Below, piece after piece: positions 58,565-64,000 of a stretch of DNA of 64,000 bases. This DNA is from a virus, in IMG/VR virus record IMGVR_UViG_3300037247_000353, positions 4,417-68,416 of that record, one strand, 5' to 3'. The notes under the pieces are model-generated. The model made no database searches and was not told where the DNA came from. It saw only the letters and a program-made list of their open reading frames with translations. Position 1 is the stretch's first letter, and every line of letters begins with the position of its first letter. A program made the translations under genes and the position numbers.

Positions 58565-58585
58565 ACACAAAAGGAATAAATAAAA

Positions 58586-59020
58586 ATGCCAATTACTTCA
58601 GGTGAGATACAACAAAATCTCAAAAACTTAAAACCAGAACAGTTACAGAAACTACAACGGTTTCTTACACCAGGATTTGCGACTGTTGCTGGTGTATTAT
58701 TTGGGGATGATGTTGGAGACTTTTTAAACTCTATTGCTAATCCGGCTATGCAATTAGTTCCTGTACCAGTAAAAGCTATTCAATTTCTAGGAGAAGATAA
58801 GGTTAACAAGTTTTTTCAAAAGGCAGCAGAAAATGCTGATCTTGTTGAACAAGAACAAATGGCAGCGCAGCCCCAACAGGGTGGATTTGCAGCGCCACAA
58901 CAAGCACAACAACAAGCTCCCGAGAGTCCTCCGGCTCCCACGGGCTTCTCTAATCGCCCTCAGCTACCATTACCCACTACTAGTAATGCCCTGAGTGTAG
59001 ATAATCAACCAATACAATAA
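58586..59020 (+). CDS. Hypothetical protein
   Basis: 144 aa with Gln/Pro-rich tail. Confidence 0.5.
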   Translation: MPITSGEIQQNLKNLKPEQLQKLQRFLTPGFATVAGVLFGDDVGDFLNSIANPAMQLVPVPVKAIQFLGEDKVNKFFQKAAENADLVEQEQMAAQPQQGGFAAPQQAQQQAPESPPAPTGFSNRPQLPLPTTSNALSVDNQPIQ

Positions 59021-59028
59021 TAGGCCAC

Positions 59029-59050
59029 GGTCGTTAAACTATTAACGACT
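59029..59050. repeat. GTCGYTAA palindrome family, copy 5
   Basis: GGTCGTTAA-ACTA-TTAACGACT just upstream of the scaffold RBS. Confidence 0.55.
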
Positions 59051-59066
59051 CCCCTAGGAGGAAGAA

Positions 59067-59972
59067 ATGGCAGACAAAACAAGTATTGTCAGACGCCCTT
59101 ATCATGGTGAATACCAAGAAGAGTTATCTGATGATAAAAAAACAGAAACAGAAATCAACGTATCTGATTCTGATAAACCTAGTGAAGAGGCAGCTACCTC
59201 TGAAGAGAACCCTTCTGATGATTCTGCTGATGCTGAAGAAACAGTTGAAGCTGGAGACAAGGCTAGTCAAGAAGAAGATACTGAATCAACAGAAGCAACT
59301 TTAACTAAGAGCCCTGAAGAACCTGAAGCTAAGGTTTGGAAAAAACGCCATGACGATGGAAGACGGTATCAAAGTAAGTTACTAGATCGTACTAAACAGC
59401 TAGAGCAACAGCTTAAAGAGAAAGGCACTGTATCACTTCCAAAAAGTAAGGAAGAAATAGATGAATGGAGACAGAAGTTTCCAGACGTTTATGATATAGT
59501 TTCTTCAATTGCTGCTATGCAGTCTGATGAAAGAACTTCTAATGTTCAGAAACAGCTTGAAGAAGTTAGTCAAGCTCAAGAAGAAGTAGTATTTGAACGG
59601 GCCTATAATAAAATCATTAAAGTTCATTCTGATTTTGATGAATTAATAAATGATACAGCATTTCACGCCTGGGCTGAAACTCAGCCTACTACAATTCAAA
59701 ATGCATTGTATGAAAATAGAAGTGATTCTGCTGCGGCTATTAGGGCTATTGATCTGTATAAATATGATCAAAAGTTAACTAAATCAAAATCTACTCCTAA
59801 AAAAGATGCTGCAAAAGCTGTTACGAAAACTAAAACTAGTGATCCCGTCGAAGGCAAAGAGCCCAAGATTTGGACTGAAAAAGAAATCCATGCTCTTTCT
59901 GCTGCGGAATATGAGAAACTCGAAGATGAGATTGATATTGCTGCAAGAGAAGGCCGTGTTGTCAGGGCGTAG
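59067..59972 (+). CDS. Capsid scaffolding protein
   Basis: Acidic N-terminus, WKKRHDD, LPKSKEEI..W...PDV, ends I..A.REGRV; precedes the MCP. Confidence 0.8.
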   Translation: MADKTSIVRRPYHGEYQEELSDDKKTETEINVSDSDKPSEEAATSEENPSDDSADAEETVEAGDKASQEEDTESTEATLTKSPEEPEAKVWKKRHDDGRRYQSKLLDRTKQLEQQLKEKGTVSLPKSKEEIDEWRQKFPDVYDIVSSIAAMQSDERTSNVQKQLEEVSQAQEEVVFERAYNKIIKVHSDFDELINDTAFHAWAETQPTTIQNALYENRSDSAAAIRAIDLYKYDQKLTKSKSTPKKDAAKAVTKTKTSDPVEGKEPKIWTEKEIHALSAAEYEKLEDEIDIAAREGRVVRA

Positions 59973-59984
59973 TAGGAGATAAAA

Positions 59985-60881
59985 ATGGTCTTTAGTTCAG
60001 CTGCTGGTCATACGAACCTCCCACAAGGGAATTGGGTTCCTACGATCTTCAGCAAGAAAGTCCTCAAGTTTTTCCGACGAGCTTCGGTAGCGGAGGACAT
60101 TACGAACACAGATTATTTTGGCGAAATCGCTAATCAAGGCGATACTGTCCGAATAATTAAAGAGCCAACAATTACTATATCAGATTATTTCCGTGGTACA
60201 AAAGTTATCCCACAAGATCTTGATGATACTGAGGATACTCTCACTGTCGATCAGGGCAAATACTTTGCATTTAAAGTAGATGATATTGAGGTTAAACAGT
60301 CTCATATTAACTGGGAAGCTTTAGCTACAGGTTCAGCGGCATATGCTCTTAAGGATGCTTACGATACTGCTATCCTTTTATATATTAGTGGACAAGTTCC
60401 GTCTGCTGCTGATTACGGAACTACTGGTGCCCCAATTGATGTTGGTTATGCGGCTGGGGAGGTTAGTCCTCTTAACGTCCTTACCCGCCTTTCACGACTT
60501 CTGGATGATAATGATGTTCCAGAAGAGAACCGTTGGTTTGTTGCGAAACCCATTTTTTGGGAGGTAATGGCTGACGAGAACTCGAAATTAATGGGTGTAG
60601 ATTTTACTGGTGATGCTAACTCCAAACTCCGTAATGGTAGAGTTACGGATGGACTAATTCGTGGTTTCCGTTGTTACAAGAGCAATAACACTCCAATTGA
60701 TACTGTGGAAGTTGGTCTTGCTGGTCATATGTCGTCTACCGCGACTGCTTCTCAAATCGCAAAAACAGAAATGATTCGCGATAACGATAGCTTTGCTGAT
60801 ATCGTTCGTGGTCTCCATGTGTATGGTCGTAAGACCCTACGCACTGAGGCCCTAACTCGCGTGTTATATTCGATTGATTAA
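59985..60881 (+). CDS. Major capsid protein
   Basis: NLPQGNWVPTIFSKKVLKFFRRASV.EDITNTDYFGEI...GDTVRIIKEP...FADIVRGLHVYG. Confidence 0.9.
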   Translation: MVFSSAAGHTNLPQGNWVPTIFSKKVLKFFRRASVAEDITNTDYFGEIANQGDTVRIIKEPTITISDYFRGTKVIPQDLDDTEDTLTVDQGKYFAFKVDDIEVKQSHINWEALATGSAAYALKDAYDTAILLYISGQVPSAADYGTTGAPIDVGYAAGEVSPLNVLTRLSRLLDDNDVPEENRWFVAKPIFWEVMADENSKLMGVDFTGDANSKLRNGRVTDGLIRGFRCYKSNNTPIDTVEVGLAGHMSSTATASQIAKTEMIRDNDSFADIVRGLHVYGRKTLRTEALTRVLYSID

Positions 60882-60892
60882 GGAGAAATAAC

Positions 60893-61336
60893 ATGGTCAC
60901 ACAAACAATTACGAAACCATTATTTGGAGCTAGTGGACACCCCACTAAACATAATCTACCCTATTTTACTTCGATTGTTTTAGACTTTGGTTCTACCTCA
61001 CATACAAACGCAGATGTATTTGAGGCAATAACAGTTCCTGCAAATACTATGGTAATTGCTGCTGGGGTTGATCTTCTGACTGCTGATGCGGCTGGAAATA
61101 GTGGTACACTTGCACTAGGCGATGGTTCTGTCGTTTATGTTGCTGCTGCTACTGTTGCCACAACTGGGCAGATGACTCACAGTGATGCAGTTGCTGAAAT
61201 GTTTGTATCTTATGATACAATCAATACATTAGATCTCACTGTTGCAACAGGTGTGTTGGATGGTGTGGTTAGAATTTGGGCGTTAATGGTTGACTATACT
61301 GATCCAATTATTGCTCAAAGAGTTACATTCGCTTAA
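60893..61336 (+). CDS. Capsid decoration / minor structural protein
   Basis: 147 aa beta-rich, directly after the MCP and before a hairpin. Confidence 0.6.
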   Translation: MVTQTITKPLFGASGHPTKHNLPYFTSIVLDFGSTSHTNADVFEAITVPANTMVIAAGVDLLTADAAGNSGTLALGDGSVVYVAAATVATTGQMTHSDAVAEMFVSYDTINTLDLTVATGVLDGVVRIWALMVDYTDPIIAQRVTFA

Positions 61337-61346
61337 ACTTAGAGGA

Positions 61347-61380
61347 TTATAAGGTGGGTGTTAATTCATCCACCTTATAA
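61347..61380 (+). terminator. Stem-loop after capsid genes (terminator/stabiliser)
   Basis: TTATAAGGTGGGTG-TTAATT-CATCCACCTTATAA, 14 bp with one G-U. Confidence 0.6.
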
Positions 61381-61434
61381 ATTAAATTTATAAAGATGCA
61401 TTTACTAATATAAGTAAAGGGAATAAATTTTTAG

Positions 61435-62535
61435 ATGGTTAGCTCATATCTTCAGCTTACAAATAGAGTACTAAGACGTTTTGGAGAAGTCGAATTAACT
61501 TCTGCTAATTTTGCAGCAGCTACAGGTTTTCATGCATTTGTTAAAGACACGATTAATGATTCCATTCAGGATATAAACGAGGCGGAGATAGAATGGAGTT
61601 TCAATATAAATACTAGAACGGATACCTTAACAAGAGGTATTGCTGAATATGTTTTACCAACAGGCTTTCGATCTGTTGATTGGGAGTCATTCTTTCTTTT
61701 TCCATCTGGCCTAATTACAAATGGAACTTTTGATTCTGCTATTACTAGTTGGACAGATAAATCTTCTGGTACTGGTTCTTCTGCACACACTACAGATGGT
61801 GGAGGTAGAGCTAGACTAGCAGGAGGTGCATCAGGTACTGGAGCATTAGAGGAGTCTGTAGTAACAGTTGCTAATAAAACCTATAGAGTTAGTTTCAGAA
61901 TATTTAGTGGTTCTATTACACTTAAGATTGGGACTACAAGTGGTGGAACAGAAATCCTCTCTGAAGAATTTACAATCACTAATACAGGAGAGGGAACGTA
62001 TTACTCGAAAACTTTTGTTCCGACTACTGCTTCAACTTTTATCGGTTTTAGTCATACTACTAATGCTAATCACGACTTTGATACTGTATCTGTAAAAGAA
62101 GACTTAAGACCAAATTATTTACAACATAGATCAATTGATATTTTTAATGCCTATTTTAGAGAGGATGATTTTCATTTAGAACCTAGTACTTTTAATACAC
62201 CCGATTTTGTCTTTCCAACAAATGATGATAAATATATAATTTCACCTGTACCAGATAATGAATATAAATTAGAATACAAATATTATGTACCTCCTACAAT
62301 ACTTTCTACTGATACAGACACAACTACTATTCCAACACGTTATGAACATGTTATAATTGATAGAGCAATGTTTTATGTATTTATGTTCCGTGAGGATGCA
62401 GAATCAGCTACTATAATGGATACTAGATCTAACATTAAAGTAGAACGAATGCGCATTGAATTAATTAATAAGCCAGATAGGATATATGCAGGCGTATGGC
62501 CCAGAATAATCGTAGACAGTTTCTTAACCGTATAG
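61435..62535 (+). CDS. Tail tubular protein A / head-tail adaptor with inserted beta-sandwich
   Basis: YLQLTNRVLRR..EV...; P...F...SPVPD..Y...Y.YY; insert starts LITNGTFDSAITSW (CBM4/9-like). Confidence 0.7.
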   Translation: MVSSYLQLTNRVLRRFGEVELTSANFAAATGFHAFVKDTINDSIQDINEAEIEWSFNINTRTDTLTRGIAEYVLPTGFRSVDWESFFLFPSGLITNGTFDSAITSWTDKSSGTGSSAHTTDGGGRARLAGGASGTGALEESVVTVANKTYRVSFRIFSGSITLKIGTTSGGTEILSEEFTITNTGEGTYYSKTFVPTTASTFIGFSHTTNANHDFDTVSVKEDLRPNYLQHRSIDIFNAYFREDDFHLEPSTFNTPDFVFPTNDDKYIISPVPDNEYKLEYKYYVPPTILSTDTDTTTIPTRYEHVIIDRAMFYVFMFREDAESATIMDTRSNIKVERMRIELINKPDRIYAGVWPRIIVDSFLTV

Positions 62536-64000
62536 TTGTACCTGCGGGTACAAAAGCTTCTCATGATACTTTTACTGGTTTGAGAGGTGAAATAACTTAT
62601 GTTATAGATAGTAATGATCTATATGTACACGATGGGGCTACTCAGGGGGGTTTTCAAGTCACCCCTGTTCCTAGTAGTTTGTCCAAAACAGATGGTAATT
62701 TTATTGTTGGGGACGGTACAGATTGGGTTGTTGAAAGTGGAGCAACTGCAAGAGCCTCATTGGGACTAATAATTGGGACTGATGTACAAGCTGATCTGGA
62801 TTTAGTACCACAAGCTGAAGCAGAGGCTGGGACTGCTACAACAGAACGGGTCTGGAATGCTGAGCGCGTAAAACAGGCCATAGCCGCATTAGAGACTGGT
62901 GGTGGGGGGTTGAGTGATCTTGTAGATGATCTTACGCCTCAACTTGGTGGTGATCTCGATCTAAATAGTAAAAATATTGACTTTCCGTCTACTCCAAACA
63001 TAAGTGATTGTTTAGATGAAGACACTTTGGTTTCTGATAGTGCAATTGCATTGGCTACTCAACAATCTATTAAAGCATATGTGGATAGCACCACGGGACT
63101 CGGCAACTTAGTTGAAGATATAACCCCCCAACTCGGGGGTGACCTAGACCTAAATGGTAAGAATCTAGATTTCCCTACTACACCAAATATCTCGGACGTA
63201 TTGGATGAAGATAATATGGCATCCAATAGTGCTACGAAGTTGGCTACACAGCAGTCGATCAAGGCGTATGTTGACACGAGTGGTGGGGGTCTTCCTGCTG
63301 TCGATACCACCTCAATTGTTGAAGACCCCGCAGATGCCACGAAGGAAATGCGTATAGACGTTGGTGCTGTTGCTACAGCTACAATTCGAGTACTCACGAT
63401 GCCGGATCAGGATATTGATTTAACACCTGTATCTGGAACATTCCAAAGCTCTTTAGAGTATGAAAACGTAGTCGATCACGGCGCGGTGAATGATGGCACA
63501 ACTGATAACGTTACGGCCTTTGCAGCAGCGCAAAGCGCGTCGAGCAGCGGTACTGTCTATGTCCCCGCAGGTGGAGAATATTTCCTTAACACTTGGACGG
63601 TCACAACGGATTTAAGACTTATAGGCCCTGGCACCATTGTCCCACCTAAAACAACGCCGTTTCTCAGGTACGATGGGCCTGCCCAAGTGACTGGGGATCA
63701 TCGCGCAATTACCGCCGTGGCCGTGGACACGTCCATCAACGATATGCCGCTGAGCAAGATTACCTGCGTCGTGACGGGATATAAGTTCGGCGATGTGGTT
63801 TCAATTCGTTCCTTTGACAACTACCCGTGGGCGACAAGCAACGAGAAGGCTGCGGAACTCGCGACCATTGCGGAGGTGGGGGTGGGGTTCGTCATTCTCA
63901 ACAAGAAACTGCACGACCATGACATCTTCGATGGTGGGACCAACCCTAAGATTGTGAAGCTCGCTGATACCGTTCTTGTGATCGACGGGCCGAAGATCAA
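62496..64000 (+). CDS. Tail fibre/spike (3'-partial): Mtd_N-like domain, tandem repeats, pectate-lyase-like domain
   Basis: Manual translation MAQNNRRQ...HDTFTGLRGEITYVID...VHDGATQGG; two TPQLGGDLDLN...LATQQSIKAYVD repeats; NVVDHGAVNDGTTDN; absent from the track because no stop falls in the window. Confidence 0.75.
   Translation, partial: MAQNNRRQFLNRIVVPAGTKASHDTFTGLRGEITYVIDSNDLYVHDGATQGGFQVTPVPSSLSKTDGNFIVGDGTDWVVESGATARASLGLIIGTDVQADLDLVPQAEAEAGTATTERVWNAERVKQAIAALETGGGGLSDLVDDLTPQLGGDLDLNSKNIDFPSTPNISDCLDEDTLVSDSAIALATQQSIKAYVDSTTGLGNLVEDITPQLGGDLDLNGKNLDFPTTPNISDVLDEDNMASNSATKLATQQSIKAYVDTSGGGLPAVDTTSIVEDPADATKEMRIDVGAVATATIRVLTMPDQDIDLTPVSGTFQSSLEYENVVDHGAVNDGTTDNVTAFAAAQSASSSGTVYVPAGGEYFLNTWTVTTDLRLIGPGTIVPPKTTPFLRYDGPAQVTGDHRAITAVAVDTSINDMPLSKITCVVTGYKFGDVVSIRSFDNYPWATSNEKAAELATIAEVGVGFVILNKKLHDHDIFDGGTNPKIVKLADTVLVIDGPKI

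Larger units (their letters stand above)
1..64000. mobile_element. Tailed bacteriophage genome segment, HMO-2011-type/Zobellviridae-related podovirus, probably circularly permuted
   Basis: TerS/TerL, portal, scaffold, capsid, tail, PolA with DnaJ-type insertion, primase, helicase, class II RNR; no host housekeeping context; tail genes at both window ends. Confidence 0.93.

Noticed and set aside
62496-62660. Diversity-generating retroelement suggested by the Mtd_N-like domain
   Set aside because: No reverse transcriptase and no TR/VR pair with adenine-specific mismatches seen.
1-64000. Stop-codon reassignment linked to the odd tRNA
   Set aside because: Long genes are intact in code 11 and all three stops are used at coupled gene ends.

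Overview
The whole window is part of one tailed dsDNA phage genome (podovirus-type, no RNA polymerase or integrase seen). It resembles HMO-2011-type/Zobellviridae-related marine podophages: a family A DNA polymerase with an inserted DnaJ-type CXXCXGXG zinc finger, a class II RNR, and an HMO-2011-like capsid, portal and terminase. The sequence looks circularly permuted. Layout: tail, internal-virion and lysis genes (+, 1-8.6 kb); replication, nucleotide-metabolism and accessory arm (-, 8.7-36.4 kb); small early genes (+, 36.5-40.5 kb); a probable control/terminus region (40.5-43.3 kb); packaging, capsid and tail genes (+, 43.4-64 kb). The main candidate for a new system pairs a minimal glutamyl-tRNA synthetase lacking the anticodon-binding domain (22598-23470) with a tRNA-Glu-bodied RNA whose anticodon loop is replaced by 24 nt (31883-31977). 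That RNA lies in one predicted transcript with a structured leader RNA, a tandem-repeat basic protein, two paralogous Cys-motif proteins and an M28 peptidase, with a ProQ/FinO protein and a deaminase upstream. This suggests a non-ribosomal, tRNA-dependent glutamyl-transfer system, which is an inference. Other notable items are a dispersed family of small ORFs sharing a C-terminal helix, a recurrent GTCGYTAA palindrome, an atypical promoter class, and a shared N-terminal tag on two late proteins. All calls come from reading motifs by eye; no searches were run.
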